A stretch of DNA of 64,000 bases from an uncultured Acidobacteriota bacterium (GTDB taxonomy: Bacteria > Acidobacteriota > Terriglobia > UBA7540): positions 128,001 through 192,000 of the forward strand of contig CAWDSK010000003.1 of NCBI GenBank assembly GCA_963804995.1. Reading direction: 5' to 3'. The number at the start of each line of letters is the position of its first letter. Positions within the stretch are counted from its first letter, which is position 1. Made by a program: the position numbers and the translations under genes. Shown here piece after piece: positions 1 through 10,320 of this stretch. A model generated the notes under the pieces. That model was given only the letters and a program-made list of their open reading frames with translations. It was not told where the DNA came from and ran no database searches.

Positions 1-858
1 GACGGCGTCCCGAAGCTGGTCCTTTCCCCGACCTCGAGTGGCCTGAACTTCTATCCGGTGCAGGCCGAGAATGGGAAAATCCTTCTGGCGGACGTGCTGA
101 AACCTCCGCCCGTGGTTGCCCAAGGGCCACCCCAACAACCTACGCAACCAACCGTGCCCGCGCCTGGCACGCCCGCCACAACCGGACAGCCCACGCCGCC
201 TGCCGAGGAAGTTCCTGCGACGCCACCCGGCCCGCCCTTGCCAGTTGTGGTGCTCGACGCCGGACACGGTGGTACGGAAGTGGGGGGGCGGGGCCGCGAC
301 GGAGTGCTGGAGAAAGACCTGGTGGCCCAATACGTGGCCCGCGTCCGGTTGGCCCTGCTCTCCACGAATAAGTACCGCATCGTTTTGACCCGAACGGGTG
401 ACGCAACCGTAAGCTTCGAGCAGCGCGCCCTGGCAGCCAATATGGCAGGAGCGCTCTACTTCCTGAGTTTTCATGCCGGAGACCTGGGCTCAGCTTCACC
501 CCGGCTCACGGTTTTTAGTTTCGAGCCTTCTTCTCCCGCGGCGCCGGACGCCAGTGCAACGTCCCCACCAGCTTTCATCCCCTGGGCACAGGTCCAGCAA
601 GGGCACCTTGAGCAAAGCCGCCAACTCGCTGCCGCCTTGCAGCAGCAACTCACCCTCATAAACGGGGTCGAAGTCGACATGCCCGGGCAGGCGCCGGCAC
701 GCACGCTCCGCAACGTCAATGCCGCCGCCGTAGCGATCGAATTGGGGCGCCTGGCTCCAGATGCGGATTCCGCGCCGCTCACCAATCCCGTTTTCCAGCA
801 ACAGGTGGCCACGGCCATCGCGCAGGCGCTTGCCAACCTCAACAAGGGAGGCAACTAA
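1..858 (+). CDS. N-acetylmuramoyl-L-alanine amidase (Amidase_3), 5'-partial
   Basis: Frame open from base 1; VVLDAGHGG, LEKD, SFHA and IELG zinc-amidase motifs after a Pro-rich linker. Confidence 0.85.
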   Translation, partial: DGVPKLVLSPTSSGLNFYPVQAENGKILLADVLKPPPVVAQGPPQQPTQPTVPAPGTPATTGQPTPPAEEVPATPPGPPLPVVVLDAGHGGTEVGGRGRDGVLEKDLVAQYVARVRLALLSTNKYRIVLTRTGDATVSFEQRALAANMAGALYFLSFHAGDLGSASPRLTVFSFEPSSPAAPDASATSPPAFIPWAQVQQGHLEQSRQLAAALQQQLTLINGVEVDMPGQAPARTLRNVNAAAVAIELGRLAPDADSAPLTNPVFQQQVATAIAQALANLNKGGN

Positions 859-861
859 GCC

Positions 862-1461
862 GTGTCGAGGCGCGCCAAAATCTTTCTTGTCATACTGCTG
901 ATCGTGCTGGGAGCGGCCTCCTTCTACCTGCGGGCGCTGGTGCACCGCGTCTTTATTGAGCCCGCTCAGCACGCCGAGGAGACCGCGCGCGCCAGACTAA
1001 GTGAGTTCGCGCTGCAATCCCAGAAGAGCGTCAGCCAGACAGTCACCCTCTACTTCCCTTCCCTGGATGAGGGCCGGCTCATTCCTGAAAGCCGCTCGCT
1101 CACCTGGGCTGAGACGGACGGCGACCGCGTGCGTCAAATCGTGTTGGCGCTGGCGGAAGGTTCGCACCAGGGCCTGAGCCGCGTCTTGCCCGCTTCCACC
1201 AGCGTCCGCGCCGTCTTCCTGAACTCCGACGGCACCGCCTACGTCGACCTCTCGAACGAGGGCATGGGCGAGTTAGTGCCGGGCATCCAGGCAGAGAGTC
1301 TGGCCATTTATTCCATTGTTAATTCTATTACCATGAATATCCCCTCGGTGAAGAAGGTGCAATTCCTCATTCAGGGGCAGGAGGTGGAGACCCTGGACGG
1401 ACACGCGGACTTGACTGCCGCCTTTGCTCCGGATCCCACCCGCATCAAATCAGGCCCGTGA
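862..1461 (+). CDS. GerMN domain membrane protein
   Basis: N-terminal TM; VTLYFP...AYVDLS...SIVNSIT...VQFLIQG..TLDGH GerMN pattern. Confidence 0.85.
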   Translation: MSRRAKIFLVILLIVLGAASFYLRALVHRVFIEPAQHAEETARARLSEFALQSQKSVSQTVTLYFPSLDEGRLIPESRSLTWAETDGDRVRQIVLALAEGSHQGLSRVLPASTSVRAVFLNSDGTAYVDLSNEGMGELVPGIQAESLAIYSIVNSITMNIPSVKKVQFLIQGQEVETLDGHADLTAAFAPDPTRIKSGP

Positions 1462-1467
1462 GGTTCT

Positions 1468-2247
1468 ATGTCCACACCCCGTCCCTTGAGCGGTTTACTC
1501 TACCAGGGGGGCAAGCTGATCCGCCCCGACCAGCGCGCAGCTACGGATATGCGCCCGGTGGAGATCGTGCCGAACTTCATCTCCAGCGCCGAGGGTTCCG
1601 CCCTCATGCGCCTGGGCGAAACCCAAGTCATCTGCACCGCTTCGGTGGATGAAGGCGTTCCGCAGTTCCAAAAGGGGAGCGGGCGCGGCTGGCTGACCGC
1701 TGAATACGCCATGATTCCTCGCGCCACCCAAACCCGCACGGCGCGTGAATCCACCCGCGGACGCCAGGGTGGGCGCACCATGGAAATCCAGCGGCTGATC
1801 GGACGCTCGCTCCGCGCCGTAATGGATTTCACAGTGTTGGGGGAGCGCACGATCTGGATTGATTGCGACGTCATTCGCGCCGATGGCGGTACGCGCACGG
1901 CCTCAGTTACGGGCGCCTGGGTGGCGCTGGCGCTGGCGATACAGAAGGTCCAGGAACGGCGCGCGCTCAATCGCAATCCGCTCAAGGATTACCTGGCCGC
2001 TATCAGCGTCGGTATGGTGGGCGGTGAGTTGCTGCTCAACCTCGGCTACGCAGAGGATTCAAACGCCGAAGTTGATATGAATGTGGTGATGACCGGCGCG
2101 GGGCAGCTCGTCGAATCCCAGGCCACGGCGGAGGGGCGCGTGTTCAGCGTGGAGGACTTGAATAAGATGATCGAGTTGGCCCGCCCTGCCATCGGAAAAT
2201 TGATCGAAGTGCAGAAGTCGATAGTTAAACTCTCCGTGCCGCGCTAG
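1468..2247 (+). CDS. rph: Ribonuclease PH
   Basis: GWLTAEYAMIPRAT, GRTMEIQRLIGRSLR, ADGGTRTAS motifs. Confidence 0.97.
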   Translation: MSTPRPLSGLLYQGGKLIRPDQRAATDMRPVEIVPNFISSAEGSALMRLGETQVICTASVDEGVPQFQKGSGRGWLTAEYAMIPRATQTRTARESTRGRQGGRTMEIQRLIGRSLRAVMDFTVLGERTIWIDCDVIRADGGTRTASVTGAWVALALAIQKVQERRALNRNPLKDYLAAISVGMVGGELLLNLGYAEDSNAEVDMNVVMTGAGQLVESQATAEGRVFSVEDLNKMIELARPAIGKLIEVQKSIVKLSVPR

Positions 2248-2284
2248 GGTAGTCGGCAAAGGCAGGAGAGCTGGATAGCCACTT

Positions 2285-2932
2285 ATGGGAGCCCGGTCAC
2301 TCTATCTGGCCTCCTCCAACCCGGGAAAGTTGCGTGAATTCCGTGGGGCAGCGGCGGCGCGGGGCGTCGTGGTTGAAACTCTGCCGCACTTCGACGATTT
2401 GACAATCTGTGTCGAGGACGGTGCGACGTTCGAGGAGAACGCCCGCAAGAAAGCGGTGCACTATAGCCGCATCTTCCCGGGCCTGGTGTTCGCCGACGAT
2501 TCGGGCCTCTCGGTCGATGCCTTGGGCGGCAGGCCAGGCGTGTACTCCGCGCGTTTTGCCGGGCCTGATGCGACCGACGAGCAGAACAACGAGTGGTTGC
2601 TGGCAGAGTTGCACCGCGTCGAGGCAACCTGGCGCGCCCAGGCTGGCGCTTCACCTCAACCCCACGGGCGGTTTAATCGCGCCGCACACTACGATTGCGT
2701 CATCGCGCTGGCGGAACATGGCAAGGTGCTGACCGTCGTGGAAGGACGTGCGGCGGGCCTCATCATCGATGCGCCGCGCGGCTCCGGGGGCTTCGGCTAT
2801 GACCCGTACTTCTTCTACCCTCCCTTAGGCAAGACCTTCGCGGAAATCTCTCCGGATGAAAAATTCCCAGTCTCCCATCGTGGTGCAGCATTTCGCAAAC
2901 TGCTCGATTACTTCTGCCAGAACGGTGCGTGA
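2285..2932 (+). CDS. rdgB: Non-canonical purine NTP pyrophosphatase (RdgB/HAM1)
   Basis: ASSNPGKLRE, DDSGL, PGVYSAR, GFGYDP, SHRG motifs; follows rph. Confidence 0.95.
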   Translation: MGARSLYLASSNPGKLREFRGAAAARGVVVETLPHFDDLTICVEDGATFEENARKKAVHYSRIFPGLVFADDSGLSVDALGGRPGVYSARFAGPDATDEQNNEWLLAELHRVEATWRAQAGASPQPHGRFNRAAHYDCVIALAEHGKVLTVVEGRAAGLIIDAPRGSGGFGYDPYFFYPPLGKTFAEISPDEKFPVSHRGAAFRKLLDYFCQNGA

Positions 2933-3000
2933 TGCAGGCCTGCCTGAGAAGGCGGCAATGTTGTGCCTTGACCTGGCGGGGCGCAGGCTAAAGCCCGGCG

Positions 3001-5667
3001 CTACTTTGCTTCCTTCCAATTCTGGCCCACGCCCAGGTCGACTTTCAGCGGGACACGCATGGGGTAGGCGCCTTCCATTTCCGCACGCACAACTTCGGTG
3101 GCGCGTTCGAGTTCCTCCTGCGGAGCTTCGAAAACCAGCTCGTCATGCACGGTAAGGATCATGCGCGTTTGCATCTTCTCCTGCTTCAACCGCGCCTGGA
3201 CTTTCACCATGGCCAGCTTCATCAGGTCCGCAGCGGTGCCCTGGAGCGGCGTGTTCATGGCCTCCCGTTCGGCGCGATTGCGTGCTGCCACATCAGTACT
3301 ATGGATCTCAGGCGTCGGCCGAAGGCGGCCGAAGAGCGTGCGCACGCGGCCTGTCGAGCGCGCTTCCTGGACCAAACCGTCGAGGTACTCCTTCACTTTA
3401 CTGTAACGCTCAAAGTAGGCGTCGATGTAACGCTGCGCTTCGGTCCGGCTGGTGCCGGTGCGGCCCGCGAGACCAAACGAACTGAGCCCGTAAATGACTC
3501 CGTAGTTGATGGCCTTCGCCATGCGGCGGTGCTCATGATTCTGGAGGCCGGCGGGTACGCCGAAAATTTCCTGCGCCGTGCGCGCGTGGATGTCCTCGTT
3601 GCGCGTAAAGGCTTCGACTAGGCGAGGGTCTTCAGAAAGATGCGCGAGCACGCGGAGTTCAATTTGCGAGTAATCCGCAGAGATCATCCGCCAGCCAGGG
3701 TCAGCGACAAAGGCCGAGCGGATACGCAAACCGAACTCGTCGCCAATGGGTATATTCTGGAGATTGGGATTGGAAGAAGAAAGGCGCCCCGTGCGCGCCA
3801 CGGTCTGGTTGAAACTCGTGTGCAGGCGGCCGGTATCCGGTTGGATAAACCTGGGCAGCGCGTCGATGTAGGTGGACTTGAGCTTAGCGCGGGTACGGTA
3901 TTCGATGATCTTGCGTGGCAGGTCGTGCCCCTCGGCAAGCGCTTCGAGTACCGAGGCATCCGTTGAGTACTGGCCGCTTTTTTTCAAACGCTTCCCGCCC
4001 GGGAGCTTGAGTTTTTCAAACAGGATTTCTCCAAGCTGCTTGGGCGAATCGATGTCAAACGACGTGCCGGCCAAATCGTAAATCTCATGCGTCAGCGTGG
4101 TCAGTTCCTTATCGAATTCCCCTGACATGCGTGCAAGTATCACGGGGTCGATACGCACCCCCACGGCTTCAACCTCCGCGAGCACGGCGGCAAGCGGCAA
4201 TTCGATTTCCTGGTAAAGCTTCTGTAAATCCTCCCTCACGATTTCTGGACCGAACAACGTGGCGAGTTCCCGTGTGCGCTGAGCGGCCTCCGCAAGCGAG
4301 CCTGAAAGTTTGCGGCCCTGCCGTCTCAAGACCACGTCCGCAAGCGCATGGCTAGAGGCCAGCGGCTCCAGCAGGTAGGAGTTGAGCATGGTATCGTCAG
4401 CCACACCGGCAAGATCAATTCCCTGCTTGGCAAGGTGAAGTCCGAGCAGCTTGGAGTTGTGGACAGCTTTTGGCTGCGCGGCATCCCTGAGCACGGGGGC
4501 AAGAGCTACAAGTGGCTCGGGCGTACCTCCCAGTGGAATCATGGCGAGCCGCTGACCATCCGACAGGCCGAGTCCCGACAGACGGCCGGCAAAACCTTCC
4601 TCTCCGTCCACCGTCATGGCCACAGCCAGCGGCCCGCTGCCACCGCTCAGGTGCTTGGCCCAATCTGCGACGGACGCCTGCGTGTGCAGCTCTTCGGATG
4701 CGATGGCAGCTTCAGCCGGCGCGGGCGCTTCTTCCAGGAACTCGCGCAACAGCGTGGAGAATCCTAGCTCCTGACAGAGCGCCGTCAGTTCCGGAATATC
4801 CAAGGCCGCCACTTTGAGCTGATCGAGACTGGTTTCCAAGGACACGTCGGTGCGAATCGTGGCGAGCTCACGGCTGAGCAGCGCTTCGTTGCGGAAGTCG
4901 CGCAGGGCGTCGCGGTAGCTCTGCTTCTTTACCTGCTCGTAATTGGCAAGCACCTTTTCCAGGGTCCCAAATTGCTGGATCAGCTCCGTTGCCCCCTTGG
5001 GGCCGATGTAGCTGCGCTTCTTCTCGCCCTCCGCCAACACGGGTTCGTGGCCGGGCAGCGGACGGGCACCCGGGATGTTGTCGCTAGGGTCGCCCGTGAG
5101 CGCTAGCCAATCGACGACCTGCGCGGGCTCAACCCCCAGAATTTCTTTCACCTTCTCGACGCCACAAAGAGTCTCGCCATCGCTCGCGCCCCGTGAAGGC
5201 TTGAGCACACGGACGCGTTCGTTGACCAACTGAAACAGGTCCTCGTCGCCGGAAACAATCACGACTTCGGCGCCCTGCGCGGATCCGGCCTGGGCTAGCG
5301 TGCCAATCACATCGTCGGCCTCAAAGCCTTCGAGCTCAAGCAAGGACAATCCCAGGGCACGGCAGAATCTCCGCACGTAAGGAAGCTGGACGGCAAGGTC
5401 CTCCGGAAACTCCGGCCGGTTGGCTTTGTACTCCTCAAAAAGTTTGTCGCGAAACGTGGGGGCCGCGAGATCAAAGGCCACGGCCATGTAGCGAGGGTGA
5501 TGATCTTTGAGAAGCTTGCGGAGCGTGCGGACGAATATATAGATAGCCTTGGTGGGCATGCCGCTGGGCGCGACCAGCGCCATCTGCATGGGCGCAAAAA
5601 AGGCGCGGAAGACCAACGACATGGCGTCAATCAGAAACAACTTCTCGCCGGCCTCAGACAATGCCAC
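3001..5667 (-). CDS. polA: DNA polymerase I
   Basis: 5'-3' exonuclease N-terminus; TGRLSSSNPNLQNIP, DYSQIELR, KAINYGVIYG, VHDEL. Confidence 0.98.
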   Translation of the reverse strand: MALSEAGEKLFLIDAMSLVFRAFFAPMQMALVAPSGMPTKAIYIFVRTLRKLLKDHHPRYMAVAFDLAAPTFRDKLFEEYKANRPEFPEDLAVQLPYVRRFCRALGLSLLELEGFEADDVIGTLAQAGSAQGAEVVIVSGDEDLFQLVNERVRVLKPSRGASDGETLCGVEKVKEILGVEPAQVVDWLALTGDPSDNIPGARPLPGHEPVLAEGEKKRSYIGPKGATELIQQFGTLEKVLANYEQVKKQSYRDALRDFRNEALLSRELATIRTDVSLETSLDQLKVAALDIPELTALCQELGFSTLLREFLEEAPAPAEAAIASEELHTQASVADWAKHLSGGSGPLAVAMTVDGEEGFAGRLSGLGLSDGQRLAMIPLGGTPEPLVALAPVLRDAAQPKAVHNSKLLGLHLAKQGIDLAGVADDTMLNSYLLEPLASSHALADVVLRRQGRKLSGSLAEAAQRTRELATLFGPEIVREDLQKLYQEIELPLAAVLAEVEAVGVRIDPVILARMSGEFDKELTTLTHEIYDLAGTSFDIDSPKQLGEILFEKLKLPGGKRLKKSGQYSTDASVLEALAEGHDLPRKIIEYRTRAKLKSTYIDALPRFIQPDTGRLHTSFNQTVARTGRLSSSNPNLQNIPIGDEFGLRIRSAFVADPGWRMISADYSQIELRVLAHLSEDPRLVEAFTRNEDIHARTAQEIFGVPAGLQNHEHRRMAKAINYGVIYGLSSFGLAGRTGTSRTEAQRYIDAYFERYSKVKEYLDGLVQEARSTGRVRTLFGRLRPTPEIHSTDVAARNRAEREAMNTPLQGTAADLMKLAMVKVQARLKQEKMQTRMILTVHDELVFEAPQEELERATEVVRAEMEGAYPMRVPLKVDLGVGQNWKEAK

Positions 5668-5886
5668 CCCCCATACTGCTGAATTTGTGAACCAGCCATT
5701 CTACCCCAATCGAGGGCGGGCACGCGCCCGGATGATTATGACTATCCCGCTAATCCCCGCTAGTGCTCGCTAAAGGCCGGTGGCATCGATGCGACCAAAG
5801 TGTTGTACTTCTACCACACCAAACTGTTTCACCTCCTTTACAAGCCGCCCGTAACTTGTAGACATATAAAGGAGTAGGATTTTACA

Positions 5887-5915
5887 TTGACATGGCAAAT
5901 CAGGTGCAGTACAAG
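5887..5915 (+). promoter_or_regulatory. Putative sigma70 promoter of lpxC
   Basis: TTGACA-17 bp-TACAAG upstream of GGAGG RBS and TTG start. Confidence 0.45.
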
Positions 5916-5937
5916 GAGTTTACGTCGGGGAGGAATT

Positions 5938-6849
5938 TTGGGTCAACAGCAGACTCTGGCTTCCGCGGTATCATTATCGGGAATAGGCCTCCATACCGGC
6001 GTAACCGTCAACGTTCGGATTTGCCCGGCTCCCGCCAATTCCGGCGTCACCTTCAAGCGCACTGATTTGGACGGCTTCACCATCGAAGCGGAGTCTCGTC
6101 ACGTCGCCCGCGTAAGCTATGCGACGAGCCTAATGAAGAAAGGCGTGCTGATCTCCACGACCGAGCATTTGCTCTCGTCGCTCGCGGGTCTGGGGGTTGA
6201 TAACGCCCTCGTGGAAATCGACAACCTGGAACTGCCTATCGTCGATGGTAGCGCCTTGCCCTTCGTGAAGGTGATCCGGGGGGCAGGGTTGCGGCCACAG
6301 CGGGCCCGGCGCGCCTACGCCAAGATATTGAAACCCTTAGAAATTGTGGACGGCGTGAAGCGGATTGCCGTATTTCCCTCCGATACCTTCCGCATCAGTT
6401 ACTCGATCGCCTTCCCCCATCCCGTGATCGGGGCAGAATCACTCGACTTCATTCCTGGCGCCGGGAAGTACGAAGATGAAATTGCCCCGGCGCGTACCTT
6501 TGGATTTTTGGAAGAGGTCGAAATGCTGCTCAAGAGCGGGCTCGTGAAGGGCGGCTCACTCGAGAACGTGGTGGTTCTCAACCGCGAAGGCGTGATGAAT
6601 CCCGAAGGACTGCGCTTCCCCGATGAGTTCTGCCGGCACAAGATACTGGACCTGATTGGAGATATTTCCCTGCTCGGGCATCCCTTGATTGGACATGTGG
6701 TAGCCGACCGCGCCGGCCATGCCATGCACGCCCAGTTGGTCTCACAACTGCTCCGTCAAAAGCATTGCTGGACCCTCACCACCCACCCCGAAGCCGTTTC
6801 GAAAACCCCCGTCGTCCCGGCTACCGAACTTGCCACGAGTGGCGCGTAG
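5938..6849 (+). CDS. lpxC: UDP-3-O-acyl-GlcNAc deacetylase
   Basis: GIGLHTG, TEHLLS, ARTFGF, HKILDLIGD; start set at TTG 5938 after GGAGG. Confidence 0.96.
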   Translation: MGQQQTLASAVSLSGIGLHTGVTVNVRICPAPANSGVTFKRTDLDGFTIEAESRHVARVSYATSLMKKGVLISTTEHLLSSLAGLGVDNALVEIDNLELPIVDGSALPFVKVIRGAGLRPQRARRAYAKILKPLEIVDGVKRIAVFPSDTFRISYSIAFPHPVIGAESLDFIPGAGKYEDEIAPARTFGFLEEVEMLLKSGLVKGGSLENVVVLNREGVMNPEGLRFPDEFCRHKILDLIGDISLLGHPLIGHVVADRAGHAMHAQLVSQLLRQKHCWTLTTHPEAVSKTPVVPATELATSGA

Positions 6850-6920
6850 GTTTGGCGCTGGCTTTATCAACATCACCCCTTCATCGTCTTGTTAGCACAA
6901 CCCCTTTCTCGCTTCTTCAA

Positions 6921-7130
6921 CACCACCCCGGCGCGCAGCCCCGATCATCAATTTGGAAAGAACGCGCTATCGGGGCACGGCGCGCCACCCCTCCTCTTCA
7001 GCACCACCCCGGCGCTCAGCACGCCACCCCTCCTCATCTGAGGAGGGGAGTTCTGTACCAACTCCCCTCCTGATTCAGGAGGGGTGGCGCTCCGAGCGCC
7101 GGGGTGGTTATCGTTTGCGCCGGGGTGGTT
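6921..7130. repeat. Nested palindromic intergenic repeat (ACCACCCCGGCGC / CCCCTCC..GGAGGGG type)
   Basis: Two ACCACCCCGGCGC copies facing two GCGCCGGGGTGGT copies around CCCCTCC/GGAGGGG hairpins. Confidence 0.75.
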
Positions 7131-7296
7131 ATTTCCTTTACACAGCAGTTGTCTGCGGTGGGGCGTTTTTCCACCCTGCACTTAATAGAACCGTACTGAG
7201 CCATTTGCTATACTCTCCCCTGCACCGACGGGCATTTCAGCCTTGGGAATCTAGTCATCAGCGAGCGGTTTTCATGCTCGCGCTTGGGGGGGCGTT

Positions 7297-8562
7297 ATGA
7301 GCGTTCAGGAATCCGAGAAGGAACTGAGTGTCTACGAATCCATGGCGGTCAGGTTTGATGTGGCGGCCCGCAAACTGGGGCTCGACGAGGGATTGTTGAA
7401 GTATCTTCGTACCCCTAACCGCGAGATCATCGTCCACATTCCCGTGGCTATGGACAACGGCACACTGGGAGTATTCGATGGCTACCGCGTCCAGCACAGC
7501 ATCGCGCGCGGTCCCTGCAAAGGAGGGCTTCGCTACTCCCCCCACGTCACGCTGGATGAGATTCGCGGGCTCGCCGCTGAAATGACCTGGAAGTGCGCAG
7601 TCGTGAACATTCCCTTTGGCGGCGCCAAGGGTGGGGTTGTGTGCGACCCCTCTAAACTCTCCCTCGGCGAACTGGAACGGATTACGCGGCGCTACACGGC
7701 GGAGATTCTGGACTATATCGGGCCGGAGCGTGACGTGCCGGCCCCCGACATGAACACCAACGAGCAAACCATGGCCTGGATCATGGATACCTACTCCATG
7801 CACGTCCGCCACACGGTGACGGCCAGCGTGACCGGCAAACCGCTCGACTTGGGTGGCTCCGCAGGACGCCGCGAGGCGACGGGCCGCGGCTGCATGATTA
7901 CGGCGGACCAGGCGTTGGCACGCTTCGGCTGGAAGCGGGAAAGCACGCGGGTTATCGTGCAAGGATTTGGCAACGTGGGGTCGCAAGCGGCTCGCCTGAT
8001 GCATGAAGCGGGCTACAAAATTATCGGCGTCGCGGACATCACCGGCGGCGTGTTCAACACCTCGGGCATTGATATCCCCAGCTTGCTGGTGTACGTCGGC
8101 GAACATCGCACGCTGAAGGGCTTCGCGGGCGGAGAAAGCATTGGAACCCATGAAATCCTGGAACAAGATTGCGAAGTCTTGGTGCCCGCCGCCACGGAAA
8201 GCGTCATCACCAGCAAGAATGCCCATAAAGTGAAGGCGAAACTTCTGGTGGAAGGCGCTAACAGCCCCACCACGCCTCCCGCCGATGCCATTCTGTTTGA
8301 GCGCGGCGTGTTCGTGATTCCCGATATTCTGGCCAATGCCGGGGGCGTCACGGTTTCCTATTTCGAATGGGTGCAGGACCGGCAGGGTTACTTCTGGCCG
8401 GAAGATACCGTAAATGAGCGAATGAAACATATTATGATCTCCGCTTTTAACGACGTTGTGAGCTACGCCGAAAAACATAACGTCAATAACCGCATTGCCG
8501 CCTACATGCTGGCTATCGATCGCGTGGCGTTTTCGATTAAGCTACGCGGGATTTACGCCTGA
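7297..8562 (+). CDS. gdhA: Glu/Leu/Phe/Val dehydrogenase (glutamate dehydrogenase)
   Basis: [37 protein letters not shown]. Confidence 0.93.
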   Translation: MSVQESEKELSVYESMAVRFDVAARKLGLDEGLLKYLRTPNREIIVHIPVAMDNGTLGVFDGYRVQHSIARGPCKGGLRYSPHVTLDEIRGLAAEMTWKCAVVNIPFGGAKGGVVCDPSKLSLGELERITRRYTAEILDYIGPERDVPAPDMNTNEQTMAWIMDTYSMHVRHTVTASVTGKPLDLGGSAGRREATGRGCMITADQALARFGWKRESTRVIVQGFGNVGSQAARLMHEAGYKIIGVADITGGVFNTSGIDIPSLLVYVGEHRTLKGFAGGESIGTHEILEQDCEVLVPAATESVITSKNAHKVKAKLLVEGANSPTTPPADAILFERGVFVIPDILANAGGVTVSYFEWVQDRQGYFWPEDTVNERMKHIMISAFNDVVSYAEKHNVNNRIAAYMLAIDRVAFSIKLRGIYA

Positions 8563-8813
8563 GGTTGCCGCGTCAGAATCAAATGCCGCTTCCCACGTGT
8601 TGTAAGACATTCACCTCAAGTCGTGGCGCGGAACAGGAGGGAGGACCCGCATAGGCGTTAAAATAAGCGCCGAATTGCTCTCGCGAGATTAAGGTACATT
8701 TTTCGAAAACAAGCCCACGTTGCGGAAACTTCCCTGGGTAGGCGGCTGCACGTCAAACTGAGCACGCGCAATGTTTCGGGTGCTCTGCCAAGACTAATTT
8801 CCTCGAAGCGGAG

Positions 8814-8966
8814 GTTGAGCTCTTCGCTCCGCTGCGCGGCCTTAATCTGGATTTTGAGCGCGAAAGGGACACCGGCCGGGATATCAACCTGTGAAGGGCT
8901 ATGCGGAACGTCAAGGACTTCGCCGGCCTCGGCGTCGTTCTCCTCAACCCCTGGGACGAGGCGTGA
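8814..8966 (+). pseudogene. Collapsed antitoxin/vapC remnant
   Basis: VELFAPLRGLNLDFERERDTGRDINL* (antitoxin-like C-terminus) overlaps GTG-KGY, followed out of frame by RNVKDFAGLGVVLLNPWDEA* (PIN toxin C-terminus). Confidence 0.7.
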
Positions 8967-9010
8967 ATCTTCAGGCCGCGGCGCTGCATTTATAGTGCGC
9001 TCGGCCCTCC

Positions 9011-9036
9011 CCACTAACCACTAGCCACTAACCACT
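9011..9036. repeat. Heptamer tandem repeat CCACTAR
   Basis: ccactaa ccactag ccactaa ccact. Confidence 0.75.
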
Positions 9037-9170
9037 TTCCTCATGACTCCGGACAGTTCTTTGTGTCGCTCTTCAGGCATCATTGTTCTTATAGAGCATC
9101 CGGCTTGCAGTTGCGGTACACTAAGGATTGAGATGGCTGGATCAATGCTCGTGGTCACACGAATCGACTC

Positions 9171-9458
9171 ATGGAATTTGAATGGGACGCCAAGAAAGCA
9201 GATTCGAACGTTGCGAAGCACGGCGTCACGTTCTCAGAAGCGATGACGGTGTTTGGGGACCCGCTGGAACTCGCGATTGCCGATCCAGAACACTCGGAGG
9301 ACGAATTCCGATTTCTCAGTATGGGCCAGTCGGCAATGGGACGCCTACTTGTAGTCGCCTACACTGAGCGCGAAGGCCGAACCCGAATCATCAACGCCCG
9401 GGAAGCGACTCCCCGAGAGCGGAGACAGTATGAATCAACACGTTCACCAAAACGATAA
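9171..9458 (+). CDS. brnT: BrnT family toxin
   Basis: MEFEWDAKKA..N..KHGVTF.EA..VF.DP...RIINAR.AT. Confidence 0.92.
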   Translation: MEFEWDAKKADSNVAKHGVTFSEAMTVFGDPLELAIADPEHSEDEFRFLSMGQSAMGRLLVVAYTEREGRTRIINAREATPRERRQYESTRSPKR

Positions 9459-9732
9459 CGACGAAATGCGGCCCGAGTACGACTTCTCGCACGGCGTTCG
9501 CGGGAAGCACTATGAGGCATACCGCGCCGGTACGAATGTGGTGTTTCTCGATCCCGATGTGGCCAAAGCGTTCGCCGATTCAGCTTCAGTCAATCAAGCC
9601 TTGCGCCTGCTCTTGCAGCTTGCCCGCACGAGCGCTCCCTTAGACATCCAATCTGGCAAGACGGTGCAGCCGAGTAACCGTGCCCCGCGCCGCGCCAAGA
9701 AGCCCAAGCCCCTTCGCGCCACTCGCGGGTAG
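9430..9732 (+). CDS. BrnA-type antitoxin
   Basis: EMRPEYDFS.GVRGK...VFLDPDVAKAF....VNQALR; overlaps brnT. Confidence 0.85.
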   Translation: MNQHVHQNDNDEMRPEYDFSHGVRGKHYEAYRAGTNVVFLDPDVAKAFADSASVNQALRLLLQLARTSAPLDIQSGKTVQPSNRAPRRAKKPKPLRATRG

Positions 9733-9734
9733 GC

Positions 9735-9955
9735 GCAGCAGGCAGTCTTGAATCTTGAATCCCGTGTCCCGCCTCTGACACCCGGCACCTGTGTTAGGCA
9801 GTAGGCAGCGGGCAGTAGGCAGTTTTTCCTAGCCCCCTGACACCCGGCACCGGACACCTTGCACTTAGCCCCCGAATCCCGAGTTCCGCACCTGGCACCC
9901 GACACCTGATACCTGCTTTTTCTTTCTCGCCACTCGCCACTAACCACTGGCCACT
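9735..9955. repeat. Cluster of mixed heptamer repeats (GGCAGTA, CACCYGR, CCACTVR)
   Basis: Period-7 tandem tracts visible across the interval. Confidence 0.7.
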
Positions 9956-10320
9956 GTTCTTACCCGTTCGAAATGCCGCGGACCTCACACGGCAGAGGTC
10001 CGCGCTAGGCTTGCTTGCTGGCAATCGCCAGCCAGCGGCGGTGCATTGGTTATGCATCACCAATGCTAGGGAGCGCAAATCTACGCCGCTTGCCTGGCCT
10101 CTCAGTGCTGAAAAAGAATCAATCGGAAGATATGGAAAGAAACGGGTGACAAAGCCGCGGCCCACCGCTAGAATAAAGCGCCGTCGGCGGGGCGACCAGG
10201 GAAGCCGCGGGCCTCGAGATACGTTGGTGATCTTTTATCAATAAATTCGCGAGGAGCAGGCCGCATTTCTAGAGGGGCGGTCGAACGCACGGATTCATCA
10301 CTGTTCAGCTTCCCAAGGAG

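Noticed and set aside
8658..9014. 118-aa minus-strand ORF
   Set aside because: Antisense of the antitoxin/vapC remnant on the plus strand
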